A stretch of DNA of 64,000 bases from Yuukianura sp. NJ FZ-2021 (taxonomy: Eukaryota). The DNA lies in the NCBI GenBank assembly GCA_046563655.1, contig CM102290.1:8060001-8124000 (forward strand). Reading direction: 5' to 3'. Made by a program: the position numbers and the translations under genes. Within the stretch, counting starts at the first letter, position 1; each line of letters starts with the position of its first letter. The notes beneath the pieces were generated by a model. It made no database searches. It saw only the letters and a program-made list of their open reading frames with translations, and was not told the DNA's origin. Positions 26,791 to 39,898 of this stretch are shown here, piece by piece.

Positions 26791-28549
26791 GTATGATGGA
26801 TGGTTAGGTTAGTTGATGGATCTCCCTAGGGTACTTGATGGATTATTGAAATTCGGACAGATCCTTTTGTCTGGAAGGGCTTAAGGGCCACTTTCCATTA
26901 TCTCTTCCCAAGGAATCTTCCATCTTGACACTACGTCCCCAGCATTTCAACTTGAACTGGACGTCCTGTGGAAAATGAAAAATTCATCCCCGGGCCTGTA
27001 AAATTACAATTAAAATTCAATCTAACAAAAACTACGCCGCCAGTGAATTTTTTGTTTTATGAAACAACGACAATCAATTTTACTTTCACTTTTATTCAAT
27101 TAGAAAAAAATTCCGTTTTTATAACATAGGAATTTCAAAACCAATAAAACTTTTTTAGAACGCGAGAAATTGTTCAATTGTTTTAGTATGCAAAGTAAAC
27201 AAGGAAGTTTTGAAAGTCGTAAATTATTTAATTACAAAAGCCATAAAGTACGACACTTTCAAAATCCAAAATAGTTCGTGTGTTGAAAAATAAGTCATAA
27301 TATTAATAGCTACATTTGCGGATTTGGCCTTCACAGGTTCAAATTTTTAACTCCAATTTCAACAATGCAGAAACGGATATAAAAATGGGCGGTTGATGTT
27401 GACATGCCACGATGAAATTCGGATTTGTAACAAAAGCATAAGGAGAAGCGCTACCAGCCAATGTGTTATGTTTCGTGTAAAAGATTCCATGAACCACGGA
27501 AGTACAAAAACGTAGTTGAAGGTCACAGGTACTTTAAAGCCAAGGTTACAAAAGGTCAATCAATAACGAAAAGTAAATATAAAGTCACAACTGGAAAAAA
27601 AAACTTTAGTCAAAATAGTGTTATGATATGTTGTATAACACATTAGGTGTAGTCTCGTGTAACAATGAAATCCAAGTCACGTAAATGAAATTACCTTGAA
27701 GGGATTCTTCTGTGTTGCATTTCGTATAAATGCTATGTACAGCAATACACATTCACAATACATTCAATGTTACATAATTACTTAAAACTGTATGTACTTC
27801 AGCCTCATCATTATTAAGGCATGTCCAGATCAAAAAATGTTATTTTATATAAGATTTTATTAGTACATTATGTAAATTGGTACTTGTTATGATTTTTAGG
27901 AGTAACAATAACAGTTTTGAAGGAATCAGAAGTTACTCTCATGGTCCTGACCTTAGCAATGTTACGAGGATGATGACCAAGGGCACACTTCAGTTGATTG
28001 TCAGTGAGAAGAAAGTTCTTTTCCGCATGCGAGTTAACTTTAGGTAGTTTTTGCGTCAAAATACAAGTTATTTAGTTGTGCTAAAGGTCACTTTGACCTT
28101 ACGTAAAAAATGACGCTTTGGAGTTATTGGAAACTTTAAATTGCATCGTCACAGTTGGAGTTTTTAGACCTTCAATGCAATTGGACATAAAGGCCTCTTC
28201 GTATTGGTTTTGATTAATTAAAATTCTGACACTTGAGTGTTTTATATAATGTTTTTTTTAATTAGATCCAAAAAGAAAAGAAAACTTTACTTGAAATTCA
28301 TTTTCTAAGCATTTGTTCAAAATTTACAAATTTTGTTTAATTTATTATAGGTGTGTTATTTAAATATACTTATGGACTATATTCTAAATTTAACAAAATT
28401 ACTGGATAGCCGTATTAGAAAAAACACTAAATAATTTCAAGAATGTGAAAAATTTTGGAGGAAAAGTCTTATGTTAACATTTTTTTAGGTTTTAATTTTA
28501 AATAATTTTTACTTAATCAATCTGATGTTGGGACCTTGGATTAAGTATA

Positions 28550-31500
28550 TCAATTTTCTTTTTCGACTTGGATCTGTTCAAGTTTTGTAAATTCAAAGGC
28601 AGATGACCTCTCCAGTTCGTTTTCCAATCCCATCGCTTTGAGTGGAAGGTCAATGTGCACAAATTTCTTTTTGTTTGGTCCAAAGTCGGAAACTGAATCT
28701 CCAGATCCATGCAGTATCCACTTGGTAGTTAACAGACCTTCGACTCCCACTGGACCACGAGCATGGATTCTGCCAGTACTAATTCCAACTTCGGCTCCAA
28801 GACCGAATCGATACCCGTCGGCAAAGCGTGTTGAAGCGTTATGGAATACGCATGCGGAGTCAACGCGTTTCAGGAACTCTCGAGCGGCTTTTTCTAAATA
28901 AGAAATCATATTCTTATACCTGCCAAGAAAGTTGAATTATGGCGATTTACCGTTTTCTGAGATTATGATGTCAGTATGTCCGGATCCGTAAGAGTTGATG
29001 TGTTCAATGGCTCCAAGCACGTCTGGCACAACTTCGATAGTAGCCGCTAGTCGTCCATATTCAACACGCAGGGATTTGGCTGGAGGTGGTCCAAACGTCA
29101 GTTCATTTGACAGCGTAGGACCCGCAAAAATTTCAACCTGTTCAAACCAAAGTTCAAATTTGGAATTCCCTAACACTTGAGGTGTTAATTGGTGTAATGT
29201 TAATATTGAACTTGAAAGCATAGGGAAACACGAGTCGAAAAATATTACATTGTTTGCTTTGAGCATGTCACAGAGTTTTCCAAAGAAGTTTCCTTTGCTC
29301 AACAGTTGACGATGAATGAGAATAGTTTCAACTGCGTTGCAGGCTGCGGGGTAGCCACATTTAGCATCTTTGACTGTAACAAAGACAGAACGTTAAAAAT
29401 GTAATGACAGTGAAGGAATTAATCATTCATCTTCAATAAATTCACGTCTGAAACAAACGTGTATAATTAGTAAAATCACGTAAGTGAACCACAACCTCAT
29501 CCAAGGTTAAACACTTTTGAAAATGTGCTAATACACTACTTAAGAACTTTTACATAAAAAACTCTCAGCAAATATTCTTCTGAAATGAAGTCCTCATGAT
29601 TCCATCACAAAAAGTTTCCGTTCCATTGCCACTTCCAAGAAGCTGTTAGCACTTGCAGCATGTTACTACACTAGTCATTGTGTCAATAGATGCTGAATTG
29701 TTTGACCTCTGCACAAGGTCAGGTCAACACCCTTTGCACAACGGAGGTTCCATTCTCCCGTTCAAAGTAAACTTACTAATGTGAAAAGCCTTGTCGACAT
29801 CAGCATCCGAGTCAATGTAAACGTGGCAAATGCCCTCAGCATGCCCAAGTACTGGAACGCCTTGTGCTTGACTCGTCACGGTTTTTACCAACGAAGACGA
29901 TCCACGTGGAATCACAAGGTCAACAATTCCAAGTGCAAGAATATCACTTACGTCTTCTCGAGAAGTCACCTTAAAAGTTTTTGTTCAACATTTTAAACTG
30001 TTTTTCGGGAAATAGATTTTGAAATTGAATTGGACCAACCATTTGAACAGCATTTTGAGCACCATGAATCAACAAAGCCTCAGAGACAATGGAAATCAAC
30101 GCATTGTTGGTATTGATTGCCTCAGTTCCACCTTTTAGTACAAGTCCATTCGCTGATGCTATTGCAAGAGCGGCAATCTGAAAATATGAGAAATAATTGC
30201 AATTAACAAAATTTCAACTAAATTGTTTTCTAAATTTGTCGGTTTTTCACAAACCTGCGGAAGGCAGTCTGGCCTGGCTTCGAAAATGACCATGAGCAAT
30301 CCAATCGGTACTGTAATTTGTTGCAATTCTAAGCAATCTGCCAGCAGCGTTCGTCGTACGGTTTTTCCAACTAGGTTTACGGACTGCGTGGCCATTTGCT
30401 TGAGTCCTTAAAATATATACTATATATTTATAATATGCATAAACATATTTATAATATATGTATTCATAATATAATATGTCATACAAATCATATGGTAACT
30501 ACTTTTGTTTCAATATCTAAATTTGAAAATTATAAAAAAGTTTGACCGACCTGTTGCTAAACTTTCAAGTTTAGCTTCGTCCAACTTGAGTCTGTCAATA
30601 AGTCCTGGTTCCAATTTGTCTTTCTCCGCATGTTCCAAGTCAATTTGATTTGCCATCAAAATGTCACTTTTTCGTGACATGAGGAGATCAGCAATTTGCA
30701 AAATAATTTCTGACCTCTGTGCTCCCGTCAAATTTAGCAAATGCCGACCACCTTCTTTGGCTAATTTTAAAAACATGGAATATACTAAGTTTTTTGAAAA
30801 AAAAAGTGGCAATTTCTTATGAAAGATTCAAATAGATTTTCCAAAAACTTGCCTAAATCTGCCAGTATTTCTGGCTGTTTGGTTCCATTGGCATAGTTTG
30901 TAAAGAGTGTGCCAACACGACGACCTGCCATAACCGAGGTCAATGCTCCCTCTCTGCCACCGTTGCAAATGACAACAGCAATTCCTTGTTTGAGAGCCCA
31001 CGTAGACGCAGAAACCTGGACATAGGGGAACTTCAATTCAAAAATGGAAACAGTTCTGAATGAAAACTAAACCTAATGAACATAACACTCGTACTTTAGA
31101 TTGCATTCCTCCCAAGCCGACACGGGAAGTTGCTCCGAATCGAACGTTTCCGGTAGAATTCGGACAATAGGTGTGCAGAAGCCGTGAACCATCAAAGCCA
31201 GCTAACAAATAAAAAAAAACCTCTAAACATATTTGAACTCTGTTTTTTTTTTTAATTTGAAAAAGAAATCGAAAAAATTGGAACTTACGCGGTGCAGTCA
31301 TAACACCGTCAACGTCAGACATCAAAACCAAGAGATCCGCTTTCACTTCCGCTGAAAGTAGAGCTGCTAAACTGTCATTGTCGTTTACTGTTATATCCTA
31401 GAATCGAAAATCAAAGTGTACAAAAACGAAAAATTTCAATCAAAATGGCACCCATATATACTTTTCAATTTCAAATTTTGAAACTTAAAATCTTACTCCT

Positions 31501-32891
31501 TCCAAAGCATCATACACTTGTGGTGGTGCAGCGACGGCGTCATTTGTGTTCACAATTGGAACGATATTGAGAGCCAGCAACTCTGTCATGGTTTGAAAAA
31601 GGTGTTTTCGGGTGTAGTCATCCGTAAAATCAGATTTTGTCACCAGGACCTGGAATTATTATAAAATTTTAATAAATTTTATGAAAAACATGTTTAATTT
31701 AAAGAATTATGTTGTTCGCTTTCGTCTTTCGCAAAATCATTTGATCTAACCAACTTTGAACTTCTACAACAAGTTTTAGAAGGTTTTTCATATTGATTGC
31801 CTCTCCTACCTTGACGTTGAACTTGACAGATCTCACTTTTGAATTGATATGACTTTGAGGCATGATAATTCAAAGGCGAAGGGTAACAATTCAACTGTTG
31901 CTTTCTGCGCATGCTTACCTGTGCAATTCGCACGCCGTACTGAGCAAACATGGCTTCGTAGAGGGACATCAAACCGGATTGGCCCACTGCTGCTGCTGCG
32001 CGTGGCTCCAGCAAATTTTTCTTTCGACCCTAACATAACAAAGCGTCACTTAACATTGGGAATTCGAAAAATAAAATAATTTGCGTCAAATTCAATCAAA
32101 CTTACACTGACTTGACGATCACTATGCAGCGTCTGTCTCATTGACATGGACATAACCAATTCCTGTGCCATCTTTTGCTTACCAAAAGCCACTGCACCAC
32201 TAGTCACCATGATCAATTCCCTTCCAGAATTTTGGAGTGTTGCTATCTGAAAAATTTTGCAAAAATTGAACCTTTTAGTAAGTATTAAAAACAATTCTTG
32301 GTACGCTATATATCGGCGTATAACGATGTTGTTTTTCGGTCCCAAGATGAAATGCCAAAAAAATGAGATTTATTTCTAATCTTGAAATTGGCTTTCTTTT
32401 AGAGATTGGAAATTAAATTTAAGTGCGCGTTACACGCGAGTGCGTGTTATACGCCGATAAATATGGTATTTCTTGATATCAGAATTTTTTCTGTTACTTG
32501 TTCGACTAGAGACGCCACTCTGCCGAGGGCCAACCCACAATTGTCCTCGCGGGTCAAAACGGCACTGCCCACCTTGACCACAATTCTGCGTGCATTGGGC
32601 AGTTGACCTCGAGAGTTCAATTGGAGCTTCATTTGCTTGTTCATATCCCCTGGACCTATCATTGTCTTCGGTGGAATATACTCCTCATAACGTGGAAACG
32701 TAGACGAAATGGATCTTCTAGCGACCTGTTCAAACAAAATTTAAAACATATTAAAACAAAGTCAACCAATATTTAATTCTAAATATTTGTACTCTTACGT
32801 TTGTCGTAATAACTGTAAGCTTCCGTGGATATCTGAGGAGTCCGAAATGGCACAAGTCCGAACTGAGTCCAGAAATTAACTTAGCGTACAT
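28550..32891 (-). CDS. ALDH18A1: Delta-1-pyrroline-5-carboxylate synthase (gamma-glutamyl kinase + gamma-glutamyl phosphate reductase), multi-exon, with a likely mitochondrial leader
   Basis: [145 protein letters not shown] at 32891 ([11 protein letters not shown]). Confidence 0.97.
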
Positions 32892-34075
32892 GTTGTTAGT
32901 TTAAGTAAATCCTGAATTCTAAAGTATCTAACAACTAAAACTAGCAGATTTTGAAATCTTATATAAAAATCCCAGTGACAGGAGTGGACAAAAGCCTTCA
33001 ATTTGAACCTACAAGTTACTTTCTATTTAAAATGGTGATAGCACAACTGGATACAATGAGATTCAAATGGAAAATGCCCAATGGTTCAAACCTTTATCAA
33101 TGATTCACAAGTTTTCTACGGTAACTGTAAATTTTGGGGTAAGGACCTGACTGGAGCGTGGTCTTTGTGTCACTCCAAAAAGTACTATACGTTGCCCCTT
33201 GATAATAAGGATACCTCATTTCAATTCTAAAGTCTTAGGCACTATGCTTCTCCACATGCTGACCGAAAAGATTAGGCGTGACCCTTGACCTCTCCACTCG
33301 CAAGTTTTGCCAAAGTGATAAATTTCAACTCCTAGACACGAATTTAAGACGCTGCACCCTCCTGTCCAGTTTTGCATGAGCATTACATGCAAAACTGGAA
33401 CACCGTACATCAGTAAGCGTGTAATCCCGGAAAATTAAGTTTTAACTGCATCCCTCCAAGGTTCTAAGTCCAATGACATAGGAACTGTCATTTGGGTAAA
33501 CCTAATTTTAACGAACCGTTACTTCCATGTGTCAAACGAGTAGCATTACGACTTCATTTGAGTCAACTTTGACCTCATATCTCCGCTTGTCAACTCTCCA
33601 CGTCCCCTTCCAAAAATACTAAATAAGTAAACAAAACGGCAACCAAAGAGAAAAGTTTCAAAAAGAAAATTAATTTCTACGCCATTTATTTCGTCACCAA
33701 CCACAAAAGCCTCTCCTAAACCCGGATAAATTTTTAAAATTAATTTTTTTTCTATCTTGGAAAATTCGAAATTTTAGATTGCAACAAAAGAGCACAGCTT
33801 TATTGTGAGTATAATCTGCATAATTGAAAATGAAAGGTTATCTGAGAAGCATACGGGTAGAACGTACGTCAAAAGTAATTCAACCAGTTTTTTTTTTCAG
33901 GAATAAAAGTTAAAGGTCACGATTCAGCAGATATTTTGCTAATTTGCTGAGTCAGTGTTGTTTCTGCAATTAATGCAATTAATTCAAGTGCGCCTTAAGG
34001 TTTTACAAAAAATTAAGAAAGATGCGCAAAAGTGTTTATAAAGAGAGTGTAGCGGCTACAAAGACACTGAAAAAT

Positions 34076-35503
34076 TTATGTCGTTGTCGTACTTCGATTC
34101 GGCAGTTTAAGTTCGTTGTATACGGAGACAGTTGCATAACTGTGTGTCATCCCTTCTGAATTTTTGGCCACGCAGTAGTAAGTCCCTTGATGCTTTGGAG
34201 ACGCAGAAACGACTTGAATCCAGCTAGTTGTCATCATTTCTTCTGGCCCACCACGATGGGTTTGTATTACAGAGGAATCGTCACCTTCAATTATTTGTCA
34301 ATCATAATCGAACACAATCATACGAACTTAATTATAATCTAAATATTTCAACTAATTTTTAATTATAGACAAAATATAATTAGTTATAGACAAAAGACAA
34401 ACTCTTACCTGGTAGAACAAGGCGCGCACTAGAGCCATCTCGTGAAAACTCCCAGTAAATGATAGGTGCAGGAAATGAGCGGAATTCACAGCTTACTGAT
34501 AAGTCAGTACCAATGGCTCCCGTAACGTTCTCCATTGGAGTGGTTACCCTAGGGGCTATGTATAGCCAATTTTTTTTAACATTTTAGTTTCAACATTTTA
34601 ACATTTAACAACAGAACTTTCCTGGAAGTCATCCTAATAACTGGAATGTACCTGAAATACAAGGTGTCCATGACGCTATGGTTAAATTCCGTTTCACATG
34701 AGCAGCTTCTCGGAGACTGCATTCGGAAGAGTAGGTGACATTGTCGCTGCCGCAAATGCTTTGTTTGTTTCTACATTCACATAATGCCTCTGCCGATTCC
34801 TGCAACAGCCAAAGTGTATTGAAAATTGCACTTTTCCACAAATTTTTTAATTGTTTTGAACTTTTCCAAAACTTGAAATTTTACTTCCGGTCCCAGGTCG
34901 AGCCTTGCAGAACATAGGAGCCCTGGTCCGCATATCCCTTCACCGGGTCCGACAGTAGCACTTGAAGAATTGTAGCATTGCGTTCCTTCTCCTACAGCGC
35001 AGACGTGACAACATGAACATCGGTCTTGCACCTAAAAGCGAATATTTATGAATGAAAGTGAAGACTAATGTAGAAAAAATATTAATTCAACTGATATTAA
35101 TTTAAAATAAAAGGCTTGTCACCATTCCCACGACGCAGGGTTCAGCGATGGCAGGACATTCTGAATGGTTGCACGGTGGACACTGAAATGGACCAACACT
35201 GCCCAAATTCACTACGGAACTATCTCCGTAGGGTACGCCACGTTCCGTTACAGGGTGCAAAACCAAGGGTAACTCCGAAGAACGATGAATTTGTGGTTGT
35301 ATGTCGTCGTCCAAACGTCGGAATGGCGGCGCAGTTGTTGTCGTCGTAGACGTTGGCGGTGGTGTTGTTACCGTTTTGCGTCTTTTGATGACAACTTTCG
35401 GCTTAAGTTTTTGCTGTGCACTGGTTAAAGATTCAGCCAAAATTGCTAGTACAATAATCAGCGTCACTGCCAAAACAATCCCAATGGACCAAATTTTAAC
35501 CAT
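34076..35503 (-). CDS. IGFBP-related protein (IB + Kazal + Ig domains; IGFBP7/KAZALD1-like), 5 exons; in-frame upstream ATG at 35668
   Basis: Hydrophobic N-terminus, Thr/Pro stalk, IB domain CPPCNHSECP..C..DRCSCCHVCA..GICGPGLLC, Kazal CECRNKQSICGSDNVTYSSECSL, Ig APRV..SCEFRSFPAPIIYW..HRGGP..SWIQV..GTYYCVAKN. TAA at 34076-34078. Confidence 0.9.
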
Positions 35504-36475
35504 TGTTCGGAAAGTACAAAATTTTCTTCTCAAATCTGCTGGTGCTGGAAACTGCGATGGTTCCGGTTCCGACTGTTGACCTCTACTAATTAGTACTACT
35601 CCAGAATTTTCTGCAACTTGTTGACTATGTTGACTCTCGCTCTGGTTCAGTGCAAACTGACCTCTCATTCCCCTCGAAATCAAAGGAGAAAAAAGTGTTA
35701 TCAAATGTTAGCCAAAAATTTACAAAGAAAAACTTACATCAAGTTGTCTTGAACAGATTCTGATACAAATTTATGTACACATTGCAGCAACTTCCTCTTT
35801 AGGACTCAAGATGCGCTGGAAATGTTCCTAGAAAGTAATTAGACGGTAAATTGGTTAAGGTTTTGGTCAACCAAACGCAGACTGGAGGCAAAAGAACTTC
35901 AACCTGGTTGTTTATGCAACCAAAAGTGGTGAACTCATTCAAACCGGAAGAAAGATGAAGTACCTTGTAGACGTCTGTTTATAAAATCTTCTTGTACAAA
36001 TAAATATTCCCAACCCAAAGTTATGTTAAACTGAAATGAAGCTGGACCAAATTGAGCAAAACGTTATGCAAAAAATTTGGAAGAAGCTACACCACTTTTC
36101 CTTAAAACCGCTTTTCCTCGTGTAGAGTTTAATAAATTAACTCACATTATGTAATTTATTATTATAATTTCTTATTGAGGTTTCAACAGAAAAAAAGTTT
36201 ACTTTTAAATTAAGATTACTAGGTTCGATCATATACTGTTAATTGCAGGGTAAGAAATGAGACAATTTCCAATTATTTCGAATAAAGCCACAGTTTCTGA
36301 TGAAGTTTCTGATAGAAAGAAAAGGAAAGTAAGATGTCGAGCTAAATTAAAAGGAAATTGGTCACTGTGCATAGGTTAGACATTAGATTCCAAAATTTTA
36401 GATGATTTTTAGGAGCCAAATACAATTTGTAGTAGCAGTATCTTACAAGAGACTCGAGTAAAATAATTCTCGTTC

Positions 36476-37589
36476 TTAAACTAATTTTTTTGCTTCAAAA
36501 AATGACTTGAGATGACGCATTTGCCAGTAACCCATGACGAGAAGTACACCAGTCTGGGCCAATGACCACCACAATACTCGTTGATTTGTGCTCTCACTGG
36601 TTTGCCGAAATCTTTCTTCTCGGTACTGTACAAAACAATAGATAAACATTGAGCTACAAATGATCAAAACTTAGTAATTGGTGTAAAACTTTTGGGTTGC
36701 AGTTTGCTCTTACTCTTTGATAGTTTTGTTCCTTGGTGATTTGATCTACTTGATCCAGCAACTGGCGAACACGGAGCTGCAGTTCTGTGAGTTTCTCCTT
36801 TTGAGCAACATTGGCGTAGTCAACAGCATGTTCTCCGACTTGAATATCCAAGTGAACTCTCTAAAAACCCAGTTAAATACAGCAATAAGTACTCTCACGA
36901 CGGCTAGATAAAACCTTGAATTGAATAGTTTTCAACTCACCAACTGCGAGCCAGCAAACCACTTTGTGGAATTGGAATAGAGGCAGATAATGTGTTCACC
37001 TATAGATTTCAATCAAGTAGAATTTGTTAGTCTTAATATTTTATTAATATTTAGTCTTACCTTTTAGCGTAAGACGTTTAATAATACTACCAGGTTTATA
37101 GTAACACTCTTACCAGGCGTATGGGAAGTGAACATGAAACGACCTTCGGAACTATACACTTTGGAAAGAACAGTTTTGTCTTCGGGATCTCGAATATCAA
37201 CATGCATACCAATACCAGGGCTGGACGGCATAAATCCTCCAGTGCGTGGATCAAAAAGCTCCACCTTGTAAGTACCTATTCAAAATCACATAACTTTAGA
37301 CAGTAAGCAATCAATCACTAGGTCTCCTTTAAATTTCCGCCTTATAAGTTTTCCCAAAAGCGAGCGGCACCGTTTTACAACCGGCATATTGGCCAGATTT
37401 CTTCAAAACAGCTGATTTGAGCGTATCAAAAAATCAAAAGGAAGTCAAGTTACCGATCACTGTTGTATCATCTGGAATTTCTTCCATAAAACATTTCCTT
37501 TCCGTTTCAGCAATATGAAAATACAACGAATGAACAGATGATAGTGTTGAGATTACAAAAAGGCAGAGGATGAGTTTTCGGGAGTCCAT
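36476..37589 (-). CDS. TMED9: p24-alpha / transmembrane emp24 domain protein (TMED9/TMED4, eclair-like)
   Basis: Signal peptide, then [75 protein letters not shown], and C-terminal FFEAKKLV dilysine motif. Confidence 0.95.
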
Positions 37590-38209
37590 GTTGGGATCCT
37601 GAAATGAGAGTAAGGTTAGTATCGTGTATTGTGGTACTCTTAATTCACCTTATGTAAGTTTTCCTCACCTTTTGATGGGTGTCCCAGGGGTAGCAATTAA
37701 TCAATTTATGTACCTAACTTCTAAATCACTGAAGAGAAGATGTACTGCCTTCTGAAGAACCTTATGACAGACAGACGGGGTTGAGTGTGTGACAAGTGAA
37801 AATAGCGCTATGAACAGTTGGGTAAAGTAAGGATTAACGAGTATAAGTGTATCCGTACATTGTATCTACTCCGCTAATTTAGTGGATGTAGTGAATGGCT
37901 GTACCTGAGCGGCAAGTTAATTAGCCACTTTAACATAACATAATCTACCGTAAAACTTCTATTTATGTTTCTCGGTTTTTATTTATTTTTCGGATTTTCA
38001 GACTCGACTTGTAGTGCAGACCGGCTTTTATTTCCAATTTCAATATTAAACAAAATTTTTTAAGCAAAAAATCTTAAATATTATCCAAATCTTGATTGTT
38101 CGTATTAGAGGGACATATTGATGGTTCAGATAAAAATTATTAATTTTTTATTGTGAAGTAACGTGTTATAGTGCGAAAGCATGGACTTTGACTTTGCAAA
38201 TACAGTATA

Positions 38210-39027
38210 CAGTGGATTCTCTAAATAAGGGAAAAAATCACGATTGGAGGATTGGTAGTAGGCGCCTCCCCCAGTACCGTAAGATTTCTGGTAAACGGTC
38301 AGTTATATGGAATTTAAGGCTAGGAACACCATTCTAATGAAAATTTCCTGTTTCGAAGTTCAGAGTATATAATTAATATTAATATACATAATATTCATAT
38401 ATTAATGCTAATTATATGTCATATCTATATACTAATCAATATTATATGGTATATTATATGCAAATTACGCTGTGAATGTCACCCTTATTAAACAGGTTAT
38501 ATAATATAATATATTATATACAGTGCGCTGTTGCGCAGATTGTGCGCTGTTGCGCAGGTTGTGCGCTGCTGCGCAGGTTGTGCGCTGTTGCGCAGGTTGT
38601 GCGCTGTTGCGCAGGTTGTGCGCTGTTGCGCAGGTTGTGCGCTGTTGCGCAGGTTGTGCGCTGTTGCGCAGGTTGTGCGCTGTTGCGCAGGTTGTGCGCT
38701 GTTGCGCAGATTGTGCGCTGTTGCGCAGGTTGAGCGCTGTTGCGCAGGTTGTGCGCTGTTGCGCAGATTGTGCGCTGTTGCGCAGTTTGTGCGCGGATAT
38801 ATATATATAATATATATATATATATTAATATTAGTTAATTCCATTTAATTATCTAATTACTTTTGTTTCGCACCAAAAAAAAATTAACCAAAAAAAAACA
38901 ATCGTAAAAAATAAGCCGATAAACTGAAACATACGTTCCCTCCAAAATTAAAACTTTACGGTACCGCGACTTCGAGTGAAAGTGAGAAAGAGGAGGAGCT
39001 CCTGTCCCTTATTTAGAGAATCCACTG
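38210..39027. mobile_element. Tc1/mariner-pogo-type non-autonomous element (818 bp)
   Basis: Perfect 23-bp TIRs cagtggattctctaaataaggga (38210-38232) and tcccttatttagagaatccactg (39005-39027), flanked by TA on both sides. No transposase ORF. Confidence 0.92.
38523..38794. repeat. 19-bp minisatellite (gtgcgctgttgcgcaggtt) x14 plus partial copy, flanked by TA-rich tracts, nested in the MITE
   Basis: Counted directly; units are near-identical with single substitutions and have no spacers. Confidence 0.97.
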
Positions 39028-39898
39028 TACTTTTAACATTCCTACACCAAGTTTATTTTGGAGTGGAGCAAGCGGCTTGTATTGGAGACCAGCTTATATT
39101 TGTGACCGAGTTTTATTAAAAGTTTTGAGCTAACTATGGTATGGTAACATAAGTTGCCACACAGTGTAGCTGTCTATTTCAGATCTGAAACTGACGGAAT
39201 GGCTACCTCCACTGTTCTAACGCAATGACAGTCGTTAAACCTTACCCCAACCGAACTGTTTTAACTGTTGTCCTTTCACTCCTGTGAGTACGTGGAAGAA
39301 AGCTCTCTCAGTTGCTTTCTCCAAATTCCTACAATTTATTTTTAAAAGTTACCAACGTGTCACCTGTCTCCTCTCATCTTAGTTGGGTACCCTTAAATGG
39401 CGAATTTATAGTAGATTGCAATTAGTTGAAAACCACTCTGACTAATGGGGTCATACTTTGTGCCAATAACTATATTTATCAAAATTACAATTATTCGTAA
39501 ATATATTATGTAAATCAAAAGAATTATGTTTGCAATATAAAATTGTAACTTTATTTTTCTGTTTTCTGATCTCTAGCTGGTTATGTTGAGCAACCCCCGC
39601 GAACCAAAATTTCAATTTCAAAAATTTTGAAAATCGCAGCTGTCATTTTTTGAATTCTTCCTCGATATTTTAATTGCATTGGTTTTGTCAATTTATAAGT
39701 CGTATTCGTGGAATTTTAATTTTAGTGTCCTACTCCATTAATTGGCGTGATTAATTGTTGTAATCACTTCACGGCATCGTACATTAACAGAAATATACTA
39801 GGTGAATGAGTTGACCAGTACTTTTATATGTGTTATGTCTGTTCATGTCTTTAAATACCGTCGTATACTAACCAATTTTCTGTTTTTTTTTAGACAGG

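Noticed and set aside
30410..30490. AT-rich tract giving a Tyr/Ile-rich ORF start (30247-30486)
   Set aside because: Low-complexity intron sequence of P5CS, not coding.
38523..38794. Minisatellite as an array of metal-response elements
   Set aside because: Neither strand matches the TGCRCNC core.
38476..38848. Four overlapping Cys/Ala/Arg-rich ORFs; possible CRISPR-like array
   Set aside because: They are translations of the 19-bp minisatellite. The repeats have no unique spacers, no cas genes are present and the context is eukaryotic.
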